This document shows, one piece after another, positions 9,285 through 19,379 of a stretch of 64,000 nt of DNA. The notes under the pieces were generated by a model that saw only the letters and a list, made by a program, of their open reading frames with translations, searched no databases and was not told where the DNA came from. The position numbers were made by a program, and so were the translations under genes. Source of the DNA: an uncultured Phycisphaerales bacterium (GTDB taxonomy: Bacteria > Planctomycetota > Phycisphaerae > Tepidisphaerales > Tepidisphaeraceae). The stretch is from the NCBI GenBank assembly GCA_963755915.1, contig CAVWLP010000002.1, forward strand, positions 576,001 to 640,000, given 5' to 3'. The stretch's first letter is position 1, and every line of letters begins with the position of its first letter.

Positions 9285-11051
9285 ATGAAACGGCAAGCTT
9301 TTCTTTTTGCGTTATTAGTCGCGGGCGCGGGCACGCCTGTTTTTGCCGGGTACACGCTTACCACGTTGGCGTCGATTAACGGTGGCAGCAATGGCTATGG
9401 CGTCGGCTTGACCCTCTCCGATAGCACCCTTTATGGCACAACGAATAGCGGTGGGGCCAACGGTTATGGCCAAGTCTTTTCGGTGCCGATCACCGGAGGC
9501 ACACCCACAATGCTCGCGTCATTCAGCGGCACCAATGGCGGAGGCCCCTCCGGCAGCCTGACGCTCTCCGGTGGCACCCTGTACGGTACAACGCAGTACG
9601 GCATCGGACCCAACGAGAACGAGTATGGCGAAGTATTTTCGGTGCCCGTTACTGGTGGTACGCCCACCGTACTTGCGTCGTTCAACGGCGGCCCCAACGG
9701 CTCGAGCCCCGCAGCCGGTGTGACCCTCTCTGGGGGCACCCTATACGGCACAACAGCAAACGGCGGGGCCAACGACAACGGCGAAGTGTTTTCGGTGCCT
9801 GTAACAGGTGGTACGCCCACTGTTCTTGCCTCGTTCAATTATGCCACTAACGGCCAAAACCCCCAAGCTGATCTGACGATCTCCGGCAGCACCGTGTATG
9901 GCACAACCGAGGGCAACGGACTGAATTCCTATGGCACAGTGTTTTCGGTGCCAGTTACCGGCGGAACACCCAGCGTGCTCACTTCGTTCAACGGGACGAA
10001 CGGCGCTTACTCCCAAGGCGGCTTACTTCTTTCCGGCAGCACATTGTACGGTACGACGCAATCAGGCGGGGACATTGACTATGGCGAAGTGTTCTCGGTG
10101 CCGGTCAACGGTGGCGGCGCCACTGTGCTCGCGTCGTTCAACGACAGCGACGGCGCGGCCCCCGAAGGCAACCTGATCCTCGCCGGCAACACTCTATACG
10201 GCACAACGCGGAGAGGCGGGACAAACGACGAGGGGGAGGTGTTTTCAGTGCCCGTCACAGGTGGAACGCCCACAGTCCTTTTGTCGTTCAACGGGACCAA
10301 CGGCAGCTATCCCCAAGCCGGCCTAACCCTCTCCGGCAGCACCCTATATGGCACAACCACCGGTGGTGGTGCCAACGGCGATGGCACCGTCTTCGAGCTT
10401 TCGCCTAGTGCTCCTCCATTTTCCCCGCCACAAACGAACAGCGGGACAATCTCATCTGGCGCCAATCAGAGTGTGACAGTCGGCAATGCCTCGACCCCCG
10501 GAACAGTTCAAGCCACCTTCGGCACCACTAGCGGAGGCTCACTCTCCGTAACGAGCGGTGTCGATACCGTGGCCGACCTTGAGAATTCAAACAATTCGTA
10601 TGGCGGCGTGCCAGTTACATTCGCACTTCCGGCCGACGGCTCAGTTGTCCAGATATGGGATCTCAACTACAGCGGAACCTTCGCTGGCCCGGTCCAGCTT
10701 GTCCTAGATTTCGACCCCACGGGCATGACCGCGTCGCAGGAAAACGCTCTCGCAATTTATCATTTCACAGGGGGTCAATGGGTGGACATTGGCGGGGTTC
10801 TCGATCTCAATGCCGACACTATCACGGTTGACACAAATAGCCTATCCCCCTTCGTGCTCGGCGTCCAATCCGTTCCTGAGCCGGCCAGTCTCTCACTGCT
10901 ATCTCTCGGCAGCGGAGCCATGTTGATGTGCCGACGACGGCGGATTACCTCCAAGGTACAATTTATTGACAACCGTCCCACCGGAGTGCCACCGATAGAT
11001 GGCCATCGGCGACGTTGCCTCGAAAATGCCCTTCCAATTTCGCTGGCCTAA
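9285..11051 (+). CDS. PEP-CTERM protein 3 with 7 GloVer repeats and a different C-terminal beta domain
   Basis: Intact ORF, signal peptide, 7 repeats, VPEPASLSLLSLGSGAMLMCRRRR. Confidence 0.9.
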   Translation: MKRQAFLFALLVAGAGTPVFAGYTLTTLASINGGSNGYGVGLTLSDSTLYGTTNSGGANGYGQVFSVPITGGTPTMLASFSGTNGGGPSGSLTLSGGTLYGTTQYGIGPNENEYGEVFSVPVTGGTPTVLASFNGGPNGSSPAAGVTLSGGTLYGTTANGGANDNGEVFSVPVTGGTPTVLASFNYATNGQNPQADLTISGSTVYGTTEGNGLNSYGTVFSVPVTGGTPSVLTSFNGTNGAYSQGGLLLSGSTLYGTTQSGGDIDYGEVFSVPVNGGGATVLASFNDSDGAAPEGNLILAGNTLYGTTRRGGTNDEGEVFSVPVTGGTPTVLLSFNGTNGSYPQAGLTLSGSTLYGTTTGGGANGDGTVFELSPSAPPFSPPQTNSGTISSGANQSVTVGNASTPGTVQATFGTTSGGSLSVTSGVDTVADLENSNNSYGGVPVTFALPADGSVVQIWDLNYSGTFAGPVQLVLDFDPTGMTASQENALAIYHFTGGQWVDIGGVLDLNADTITVDTNSLSPFVLGVQSVPEPASLSLLSLGSGAMLMCRRRRITSKVQFIDNRPTGVPPIDGHRRRCLENALPISLA

Positions 11052-11078
11052 CAGATTCATCCTACCGTCGAGGCAAAT

Positions 11079-12818
11079 ATGTCCACACTACCGAAGTCGA
11101 TGCTAGTCGGCTTGTCCCTGATTCTGCTCGTCCTCGTTCTTACGCCAAATTCCAAGGCACAAATGGTCTTAGACGGTGAACAGCTATGCAATCCGACCGT
11201 GCCGGAACTGACCGACATTGGACAACGGACTGTCATTTACAAACCCCAGATATTGCAAGGCAATTCAGATCCCGCCGCGGTGCTTTTCTTTACACCGTTC
11301 TTTGTATTTGAGAACAATAAGGATGGCTCTCTCAAGGTCGACGTATTTGAGCCCTCTGCTGAAAACAGGCCGTGGCAAGTGCGGCTGACTCTCCTCGTTT
11401 CACCCGACGATCTCCTATCAAGAATCGCTGCGAGTGTGCGTGCCGCGGCCGCGACGAGTTTGCCGCTCAAACCTTATCAATTTCTTTTGCCCCAAAACTT
11501 GGTTCCGGTCGAATTCACAAGTATCAGCATTGCTGAAGCCAACGGTAATGGCGATCCAGTTTCTACACCGTTATTTGCGAGTTTCACAAGCAATACGATA
11601 ACTGCTGGGCAGCCCCTTGAACTTTTCGCCGATTGTAAGACGGAGGCACAGGCGCGGGATTTGGCGCTGAAATTGAGGGAGAAAAAAGCACTCGCGCATT
11701 TTCGTGTGGACTATAGACTTTTTGCAACAATGACAGTTTCGCAGGCGTCCGTTGATGTTCACTCGATCTCTATAAAGAATACCGACGGCGTGCAAACGCT
11801 GTCCGGTGCCGGCCGCGCGTTCAAAGTGTCCGTAGACCCTGCGAATGGTCTCGCAGAAATCGGAAATAATGACATTATTTCCAGAGACCAGCAAATGAGT
11901 TTCGATGCGCAGGTTCGAAATCAGATCAGAGCCGATTACAAATTCGAAAGGGAGGAGGATAGACAATTTTTGATGGACCAACTGAACACGTTCATGGGTG
12001 AAGCCACTACACAGGCAAACATCAACCTTGAGGATGTGGGCAAAGCGATGAATCAGCTTTCCGCTTACAGTTTTTCTCCGTCCGATTTAAGTCCCGACAA
12101 AATCCAAAATCTCGCAATTGAGGCGAAGAATGCCATGCAGACCGAAGATCAAAGCAAGTTTTCATTTGCTGGTTCGGCATCGGCATCGTTCTGCGGCTTT
12201 GGCGGATCAGCTTCGGCCGGTTTTTCAAGGGACGATCTTAAAAAGCAGATGACGGACAAGGGTTGGACGTTCGGTGACGGCGGAGAAAAATACGTTCCAA
12301 AGTCTCTAAAAGTATATGTCGTCAACAAGAACGCGCTGGAATCCGTAAAGGACATCGATCTGAATGTTAAACAGGTTCAACGAACCCAACCACTCATTCA
12401 TGCCTTTGTTTCATCGGATCGCGGATTTGCACCTGGACAAGATATGGTCACGCTAAAGTCGGATGATCTAGAAGCCATGAAAGCCCAAATCGACACGCTA
12501 ACAAATGATGACGACCAATCAACTAAAGAAATGGTCGGCACGTGGGACATATATTTTGCCCAGTATTCAAGACACGACACTGTCAAGTTCTCTCAAGACG
12601 GAACATTTCTGATGCAAAAATGCACCGACACGAACAGGATGGTGAATCCATTGCACGGCACCTATACCGTCAAGAATGGACTTCTCAGGATCGAAGGAGG
12701 CGAAGACACATACGGTGCGGCATCCTATGTCCTGGACAAGGGCGGCGACCATTTCGCTGGCGTCAATGCGAATGGAACCACAATAGCGGCCGCAAGAACG
12801 AGAGCCGGCGATAACTGA
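11079..12818 (+). CDS. Secreted hypothetical protein, 579 aa, with a lipocalin-like C-terminal domain
   Basis: Long ORF with RBS and signal peptide; C-terminal VGTW...KFSQDGTF...GTYTVKNG. Confidence 0.8.
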   Translation: MSTLPKSMLVGLSLILLVLVLTPNSKAQMVLDGEQLCNPTVPELTDIGQRTVIYKPQILQGNSDPAAVLFFTPFFVFENNKDGSLKVDVFEPSAENRPWQVRLTLLVSPDDLLSRIAASVRAAAATSLPLKPYQFLLPQNLVPVEFTSISIAEANGNGDPVSTPLFASFTSNTITAGQPLELFADCKTEAQARDLALKLREKKALAHFRVDYRLFATMTVSQASVDVHSISIKNTDGVQTLSGAGRAFKVSVDPANGLAEIGNNDIISRDQQMSFDAQVRNQIRADYKFEREEDRQFLMDQLNTFMGEATTQANINLEDVGKAMNQLSAYSFSPSDLSPDKIQNLAIEAKNAMQTEDQSKFSFAGSASASFCGFGGSASAGFSRDDLKKQMTDKGWTFGDGGEKYVPKSLKVYVVNKNALESVKDIDLNVKQVQRTQPLIHAFVSSDRGFAPGQDMVTLKSDDLEAMKAQIDTLTNDDDQSTKEMVGTWDIYFAQYSRHDTVKFSQDGTFLMQKCTDTNRMVNPLHGTYTVKNGLLRIEGGEDTYGAASYVLDKGGDHFAGVNANGTTIAAARTRAGDN

Positions 12819-12829
12819 AAATCGAGGGC

Positions 12830-13693
12830 TTATGGCTTTCCTCGTCGCTTTTGTCGACGTTTGTCCGTTCTTGGCTCGCTCGTCACTCCGCGCCAAGGCT
12901 CACCGGACAATCGTTGGATCAGCGTCTTGAGCACAACATCCATCGCGCCATTGGCGTCGTAGTCGATGCCCGATGCCAGCAATGGCGCGATATCGTTGAG
13001 GAAGGCCGCATCCCTTCGCTTTTGGTGCAGATTCTTCTCAAACTGGGCTCGCGAAACAGTATGTTTCTCGTGCTCCATGTATTGCGCGAAGCATGCCACG
13101 AGCCGGTCTGGATTCACCAATTCACGTTCGATGCATAGCCAAAGATCGAAAAGGTCGCGGCCCTTTCGCCGTTGATACAAGGCCCGCAATTTGGTCCCGA
13201 GCAGTTCATCAAGTTCGTAGGTAATGACATCGGCACTGCCAGCGAACCATGGATTCTCTGCCGTGAGTCGGCGATGGCTGTAACCCAGGACCGTGAAATG
13301 TTCCCGCGTGTTGATTTCGATCTTCAGCCTCAGTGGGCGGACTGGCGGCACTTCGGACTCGAATCGATACATCAATGTTACTCCACCCCCAGCCCGTGAC
13401 CGCGTGGGTCGCCCGAGCCACGAATCGAGTTTGCCGCGAATCGCGTCCAGAAGCGGGCCGATGGGAGCAGCTTTGGTCTGAACCAGGTCGATGTCTTCTG
13501 AATATCGAACGGCCGGCTGAATGAACAATTTGTTCAGCGATGTGCCGCCGCGCAGGGCAATGCTGCCGGCGAGTCCCTCTTCCCCAAATAGCTCAATGAC
13601 TGCCCGTGTAAGCGCCAGATCCTGCTCAACCTGCGCATCATCGGCCCAAGGCGCAACCGCGCGCCACGCGGTGATACCAGCTTGAGGAATCAC
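12830..13693 (-). CDS. abiEii: AbiEii-type nucleotidyltransferase toxin (type IV TA)
   Basis: LRGGTSL, RYSEDIDL, KLRALYQRRKGRDLFDL. Confidence 0.92.
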   Translation of the reverse strand: MIPQAGITAWRAVAPWADDAQVEQDLALTRAVIELFGEEGLAGSIALRGGTSLNKLFIQPAVRYSEDIDLVQTKAAPIGPLLDAIRGKLDSWLGRPTRSRAGGGVTLMYRFESEVPPVRPLRLKIEINTREHFTVLGYSHRRLTAENPWFAGSADVITYELDELLGTKLRALYQRRKGRDLFDLWLCIERELVNPDRLVACFAQYMEHEKHTVSRAQFEKNLHQKRRDAAFLNDIAPLLASGIDYDANGAMDVVLKTLIQRLSGEPWRGVTSEPRTDKRRQKRRGKP

Positions 13694-14484
13694 GCTTCAA
13701 CCTCAAGCGGCTCATCAACCAAGACGTGCCATCGTCGATCTTCCTTGACGCCATTCATGATACGGCCAAGTCGTAGCGCCACGGCTCCAGGTGATTGTCG
13801 CTCAATCCATCCGTGAAGAATATTGGCGAGCGGTCGCGCCTTGACATGATCGAGCAGATAGCCAAGCCGCTGCGCGCTGGGTACGTGGCCACTCAAACGT
13901 ATCGCTTCCAAGAGACGCTTCGGATGGATCAGGGGAGCCAGTTCAGCGATGACGGTTGCCACATGATCGAGTTGACCGGCGGCCTTGACGAAGCGTATCA
14001 AGTCCACGGCCGTTATCTCAGGCGTTGATACCCGCACCGACCCCGTTGGGGTCTTGATATTGATGGTGGGCGTCTGCGCCACACTTTTGCTTGCAAAGAA
14101 ACGAATGCGGGCGCGCGCTACCTTTAGGGGTCTGACCGACCTATCCGTGATGACCTGAAACTCCTGGGGCTGCTGATGGGAGGCCCCATGCAGCGCGGCG
14201 GCGCTGAGCAAACCGACGTAATACGGGAGTTTCATCGCACCCATCAGATTGTGGATGAACCACGACGGCGGTGGACCATCGGCGTTCCGATACTCCAACG
14301 GCACGAGTACATAGAAATAATCTTTAACCTTGAGCACCCGACGCCGCTTCACCAGCCTCTGTAGCGCCTTTTTGACGGCCTCCGCTGACAGCCCGCCGCT
14401 GGCAATTGCTTCGGCGCGAAGGAAGGTATAACGGCCGCGGGCCTGCAACGCGTCGATCCAGTTTTCCAGCGTCTTTGCTGCCAT
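13690..14484 (-). CDS. abiEi: AbiEi-type antitoxin / regulator
   Basis: YYVGLLSAAALHGASHQQPQEFQV, VSTPEITAVDL; 4-bp overlap with the toxin gene. Confidence 0.9.
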   Translation of the reverse strand: MAAKTLENWIDALQARGRYTFLRAEAIASGGLSAEAVKKALQRLVKRRRVLKVKDYFYVLVPLEYRNADGPPPSWFIHNLMGAMKLPYYVGLLSAAALHGASHQQPQEFQVITDRSVRPLKVARARIRFFASKSVAQTPTINIKTPTGSVRVSTPEITAVDLIRFVKAAGQLDHVATVIAELAPLIHPKRLLEAIRLSGHVPSAQRLGYLLDHVKARPLANILHGWIERQSPGAVALRLGRIMNGVKEDRRWHVLVDEPLEVEA

Positions 14485-14629
14485 TGGTCGTATTCCGATC
14501 CGTCTGCATAAAGGGGTAGATAGTGTCCCTTTACGCAGACTCTTCTATCCGGCAATAAAAAATAATCAACTTGCACCACAATTTGTCACTAACTGAAAGT
14601 CTTCGCACTTTCGCTATAGCGCGCAGTCG

Positions 14630-15025
14630 CGCATTTGAAACACTTCGCAAATGCGAATGCAGAGAGGGCCTCTGGGCCGGCCCTCTCCGCACCTCTCCTG
14701 GCCATGAAATCCGTTGAGTGTGCTGGCGGAAACAATAAGGATGGCGCCGAGAACATGGACTGGAAGGTAGGCCCGCTGTTGTTAATAGGCCGCAAGCGGC
14801 CAGAGGCAGCGGGCCTACGGCATGTCTAGCTCGACTCCGCTATCGAAACGCCACCGGCCGAATACGGCCTTGCCATGCTCGCCTCCTCACCCTGAGTACA
14901 GGGCTGCGGGTCTGCGCGTGGCATGGCGTTCGTCCGCTGCGCTCGCGTTCCCGTCGCCAGCCAGAGAGATCTCATGTTTTTGACCTCCCGGCGTGCTTCT
15001 TCCGAAGCCGGGAGGTCAAAAATAT
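14630..15025. promoter_or_regulatory. Highly structured non-coding leader upstream of the DUF932-ssb-parB operon
   Basis: Multiple inverted repeats, including gtaggcccgctg/cagcgggcctac and tttttgacctcccggc/gccgggaggtcaaaaa. Confidence 0.6.
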
Positions 15026-15089
15026 TGCGTGGGCTTTGGGGCCTACGCCTTCCCGGTTTGGAGTTTTCTTCCTTTTCGGGAGGTGCTTT

Positions 15090-16110
15090 GTGGCACACGA
15101 GATCGACCAGACAACGGGACGAGCGGCAGTATTCGTGACCGGCGAGCCTGCTTGGCATCGCTTGGGCACAGTGATCGAACAGGCGACCACCAGCGCCGAG
15201 GCTATCGGCCTCGCCGGGCTGGATTGGCGCGTCGAGCAATGGCCGGTCCGGGCTTTCGACCCGGACAACAACACCAGCAGAGGCGGGAATCCCCGACACG
15301 GTGGCGAATGTCCGCACCGACACCAAGGCGGTTTTGGGCGTGGTTGGGCGGCGCTATCGGGTGTTCCAGAACCGCGAAGCATTCGACTTCATGGATGCTT
15401 TGGTCGGAGATCGGCTCGCCATGTACGAGACGGCGGGCAGTCTCCATGGCGGAAAGCGGGTTTGGATGCTGGCCGGATTCCCAAGGAATACCGGGCAGGA
15501 TCGGACGACCTGATTAAGCCTTACGTCCTCTTGACCAACACGCACGATGGCAGCCAGGCGCTTCGGATGATTCCAACGACCGTGCGCGTGGTTTGTCAGA
15601 ACACGCTCAATCTGGCCATGCGGGAAGCGGGTATGGATGGATTGACCGTTTCCCATCATCCCCGGCTGGAGAGCCGGATTGCCGAGGCCCGCACCAAACT
15701 CGGGATCATCGCGGCCCGGTTCGACCAGTTTGATGAAGAACTTCATGCGATGCTCGCCAAAGACCTGAGCGTGACCGAGGCATCGGGTTACTTCCGGGGG
15801 TTGGCGAGGACCGATGTTCCCGGCGGATCGGATCGGCAGAAGAGGTCACGCGAGAAGGTTTTAGGCCAGATGCTTGCCAACTTCGATAACGAACGGAACA
15901 CGCTCCCCGGCATGAAGCATACGGCGTGGGGCGCGTACAACGCGGTCAGCGAATGGGCCGACCATCAGCGGAACTACCGGGGATTGAACCCGACTGAAAA
16001 GCTCAATCGACGGCTGGATTCAGTTTGGTTTGGCGCGTCCCACCAATTGAAGCAAGCCGCCTACTACGGCGCGTTGGAACTGGCGACCGGTGGCGAAGCC
16101 TCACCCGCGA
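15090..16110 (+). CDS. DUF932-family phage/plasmid protein (frameshifted; 3' end approximate)
   Basis: AHEID..PAWHRLG..AGLDW, YETAGSLHGGKRVW, LTNTHDGS, TTVRVVCQNTL, TAWGAYNAVSEWADH. Confidence 0.85.
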
Positions 16111-16293
16111 TGGACGAAGGCCCGCGAGGCAGCGGAGGATTTGCTTGGCGTCGTCTAAACCGACCCTTCCCCGAACCTGCCCCGGTTGTGTTTCGCCGGG
16201 GTGGGCTGGGGAGCGGTTGTCACGGTGACGCCGCATTCATCAAGCGGAGGCGAAGCCTACCGCGTGGCCATTTCAATCGAAAGGAGATTCATC

Positions 16294-16755
16294 ATGGCCA
16301 GCTACAACAAAGTGATCCTCATGGGTCATCTTACCCGCGATCCGCAGATCAAATATCTGCCGAGCGGGACGCCAGTGTGCGATATCGGTCTTGCCGTCAA
16401 CCGGGCGTGGAAAGACGCCAGCGGGAACGCGCAAGAGGAAGTCCTGTTTGTCGATTGCAGCGCCTTCGGCAAGCTCGGCGAGAACGTCAACGAGCATTTC
16501 CAGAAGGGACGCCCGATCCACATTGAGGGACGGCTCAAACTGGACCAGTGGGAACAGGACGGTCAGTACCGCAGCAAAATCCGGGTGATCGTCGAGCAGT
16601 TCCGATTCGTGGACCGCAAGACGGAAAGCGCCCGTCCCGCCAAGCGCAACGCGAGGACCAACAAACGCCGCAGCAACGGGAAGAGCGCTGTACCGGCGCA
16701 GGTTCCCGTGGTCCAAGGCGAATTGATTGGCGCTGGCGATGAGATTCCCATTTAG
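16294..16755 (+). CDS. ssb: Single-stranded DNA-binding protein
   Basis: MASYNKVILMGHLTRDP, IEGRL, C-terminal DEIPI. Confidence 0.95.
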   Translation: MASYNKVILMGHLTRDPQIKYLPSGTPVCDIGLAVNRAWKDASGNAQEEVLFVDCSAFGKLGENVNEHFQKGRPIHIEGRLKLDQWEQDGQYRSKIRVIVEQFRFVDRKTESARPAKRNARTNKRRSNGKSAVPAQVPVVQGELIGAGDEIPI

Positions 16756-16767
16756 CCGAGGTGTCTC

Positions 16768-17118
16768 ATGCGCGAGCAATTGATCCAGACGGATCGGGTC
16801 TACTCCATACAGCGCACAGCGCAGGGCGTGGTTTGCACTGTCAATGGCAAACCGCTCCCCCTGCGGCTGGACTTGTGGAATCACAGCCCGACCGGATTTG
16901 AGTTCGGCTATGGCGGGTCTGGACCGGCGCAGTTGGCGTTGGCGATTCTCGCCGACTGCTGCGGGGATGAACTGGCGGTGACGTATCACCAAGCGTTCAA
17001 GTGGGCGGTCATCGCCCGCATTCCCGGTCCCGGCGGAAGTCTGACCGAAACGTTTGTGCGCGACGTGTTGGCCGAACTCCAAGCTAAGCGGGAATCGCAG
17101 CAGTACCGCAACAACTGA
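16768..17118 (+). CDS. DUF6166-like protein
   Basis: NHSPTGFEFGYGGSGPAQLALAIL motif. Confidence 0.75.
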   Translation: MREQLIQTDRVYSIQRTAQGVVCTVNGKPLPLRLDLWNHSPTGFEFGYGGSGPAQLALAILADCCGDELAVTYHQAFKWAVIARIPGPGGSLTETFVRDVLAELQAKRESQQYRNN

Positions 17119-17131
17119 AACGGAGGCGCAA

Positions 17132-17344
17132 ATGAGTAGGCCCCGTGTCATCAAGAAGTGTGTCGCCAATCGTTATGCCGCTCCATGCGAGCGGATCGTC
17201 GAGTTTGTCGGCAGCGGCGGCAACGGCGGTCTTATCAGTCTGGTCCAACATGAGGACGGACGAATGACCGTGGACGTGTACCGCTATGGCCCTCGCGTTG
17301 AGGTCCGAGTCGGCGAGCCTGACGTATCAGCGAAAGGTAAATAA
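17132..17344 (+). CDS. Small hypothetical protein
   Basis: GGAGG RBS; fills the gap in the operon. Confidence 0.6.
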   Translation: MSRPRVIKKCVANRYAAPCERIVEFVGSGGNGGLISLVQHEDGRMTVDVYRYGPRVEVRVGEPDVSAKGK

Positions 17345-17386
17345 GGCATTTAATTCATCCAACTTTACCGAAAGAGAGCGTTTCTT

Positions 17387-19297
17387 ATGAACCGTATCGT
17401 ATCCCAATCTCGTGATGTTCAGATTTCCGTTTCCCTGTCCAAGTTGATTCCGAGCAAGCGGAATCCCCGCCGCGTCAAACCGGAGCGGGACGCCCATCGC
17501 CGCATGGTGGCGTCCATCCGTGCGCACGGACTGCTGGCCCCGCTGGTAATCCGGGCGGACGAAGGAAATGGCGGCAGCTTTAAGATCATCGCGGGCAACC
17601 GCCGTCTGGCGGCGCTGCGCGACGTATACAAGGATTTGTCCCGACCGCCCAAGGTTCCATGCGTCCTACGCTCCGTGGACGACGACACTGCCGACGCTTT
17701 GGCGCTGGCGGAAAACTTCATCCGCGAGCCGATGCACCCGCTGGACGAGGCCGAAGCCTTCGCCAAGTTGGCGCGGGAAGAAGCCAAAGGCGTTGAGGCG
17801 ATTGCCGCCGAGTTCGGCGTCAGTCAGCCCTACGTGCGCCAGCGGATGAAGCTGGCGACTTTGGCCGAGCCGGTGAAGGCGCCGTACCGCCAGGGCGCGA
17901 TCGACACCGCGACCGCCGAGGCGTTCGCGTCGGTTCCACCGGACCGTCAATTGGAAGTCTGGCAGGAAGTGGGTGGAAATCCCCAACATGCGCAGCATGT
18001 CCGTAACGTGATTGCCCATGCGTGGATCGACGCCAAATCCGCCACGTTCGACGTATCGAAGCTGCCGGAAGGAACCGTCAGCCGCGACTTGTTCGCCGAG
18101 CGCGTACTGGTCGAGTGCAAGGCGTTCATGGAGGCGCAGGCCGAGGCGTTGCTTGCGCAGCGCCAAGCGCTGATCGAAGAAGGTTGGGCCGACGTGGTGG
18201 TCGGGCCGCAAGGCGACGTGCAGGATCGGTTGTTCTCAATGGCCGAAGCGCCGCAGGAGTATGATGACCAGACCAAGGCCAAGCTCAAAAAGCTGGCCGA
18301 CAAACGCGGCAAGCTGGAATCGAAGATCGAGGAATTGGACGAGTCGGATCAAGGCGCGTTCGAGGCGATCCAGACCAAATTGGAAGCGCTGGACGACGAG
18401 GAACAAACCTTGACCAAGGACGCCGAAGTTCACTACGCCGAGGCGACCAAGGCCGTCGGCACGACGTTCCTGCTACTTGATCCCGATGGCCGGGTCCGGC
18501 GAGAGTATCGCATCCCGCGTCATCGTCAGAGCGCATCCAGCAACGGCGATGGACGGGCCGGCGACGGCTCGACGGAAGCGCCCAAGCCACCGACTTCGGA
18601 CGACTTGCGCGAAGGCCAGCTTGCGATCACCTTCACCCATCAGGCGCTTGCGGTGCGCGAAGCGCTGTTGGACGACCACGCCCGCCGCAAGCGAGTCTTG
18701 GCGCTGATCCTGCACGAGAAGGTGCGCAGCGAAGCCCTGTCGATTCGGCATGACGCCAACGGCACGACGGTTCATGCCGACAAAGCCGAGGGATTCACGT
18801 CGGCGGCGCTGGTCAAGCTTCGGGAAAAGCGGTCGGAACTGGACCCGCTGCATGACAAGCATTACGTCGAGGATGATGCCGCTTACGACGCCATCAAGGG
18901 TTTGTCCGACAGGAAGCTGGATACCTTGATCGACCTCTTGACGGTCGAATGCGTGACGGCCCACCTGCAACGCAAGACCGCCTTGGTCTGGCGTCTGGCC
19001 GAGGAATTGGGCGTGGAGGTGCGCCGCTACTGGCGTCCCGATGAGTGTTGGTTGTCGGGCTATCAGAAGATTCAGTTGGCCCACCTGATCGGTGAGTTGC
19101 GCGGTCCGGTGTATGCCAAAGCCGCCGAGACGAAGAAGAAATCGGAGCTCGTTTCGGAGCTTGCCAAGCTCTTTGACGATGCCGCCAATGGACGCGTGGA
19201 GGATGCCAAGCTGGCAGCGAAGTTAAACGAATGGCTGCCGTCCAACCTGCGGGAAGAGCCGCAGACTGACGCCAAGGAACAGGCGTCAGCGGCGTAA
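17387..19297 (+). CDS. Long ParB/Srx-domain protein of ICE/plasmid leading regions
   Basis: NPRR, IIAGNRRLAAL, ALAENFIREPMHPLDEAEAF, HTH; 636 aa intact. Confidence 0.9.
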   Translation: MNRIVSQSRDVQISVSLSKLIPSKRNPRRVKPERDAHRRMVASIRAHGLLAPLVIRADEGNGGSFKIIAGNRRLAALRDVYKDLSRPPKVPCVLRSVDDDTADALALAENFIREPMHPLDEAEAFAKLAREEAKGVEAIAAEFGVSQPYVRQRMKLATLAEPVKAPYRQGAIDTATAEAFASVPPDRQLEVWQEVGGNPQHAQHVRNVIAHAWIDAKSATFDVSKLPEGTVSRDLFAERVLVECKAFMEAQAEALLAQRQALIEEGWADVVVGPQGDVQDRLFSMAEAPQEYDDQTKAKLKKLADKRGKLESKIEELDESDQGAFEAIQTKLEALDDEEQTLTKDAEVHYAEATKAVGTTFLLLDPDGRVRREYRIPRHRQSASSNGDGRAGDGSTEAPKPPTSDDLREGQLAITFTHQALAVREALLDDHARRKRVLALILHEKVRSEALSIRHDANGTTVHADKAEGFTSAALVKLREKRSELDPLHDKHYVEDDAAYDAIKGLSDRKLDTLIDLLTVECVTAHLQRKTALVWRLAEELGVEVRRYWRPDECWLSGYQKIQLAHLIGELRGPVYAKAAETKKKSELVSELAKLFDDAANGRVEDAKLAAKLNEWLPSNLREEPQTDAKEQASAA

Positions 19298-19321
19298 TCA
19301 CGCCGTCCAAGGATCGAAAAG

Positions 19322-19365
19322 AGAAGCCGGATCGGGCATCCCTGATCCGGCTTCTTTGTTTGTTG
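19322..19365. terminator. Intrinsic terminator, probably bidirectional
   Basis: agaagccggatc/gatccggcttct stem with a T-rich tail, between convergent genes. Confidence 0.75.
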
Positions 19366-19379
19366 TCCGGCCTTGACGG

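Noticed and set aside
5940-10400. CRISPR array or DGR-like template/variable repeats
   Set aside because: The repeats are in-frame coding units with synonymous variation; no cas or reverse transcriptase gene and no adenine-specific pattern evident
16110-16526. Long C-terminal extension of DUF932 overlapping ssb
   Set aside because: Low-complexity Arg-rich read-through over a clear ssb gene; likely a stop lost to an indel
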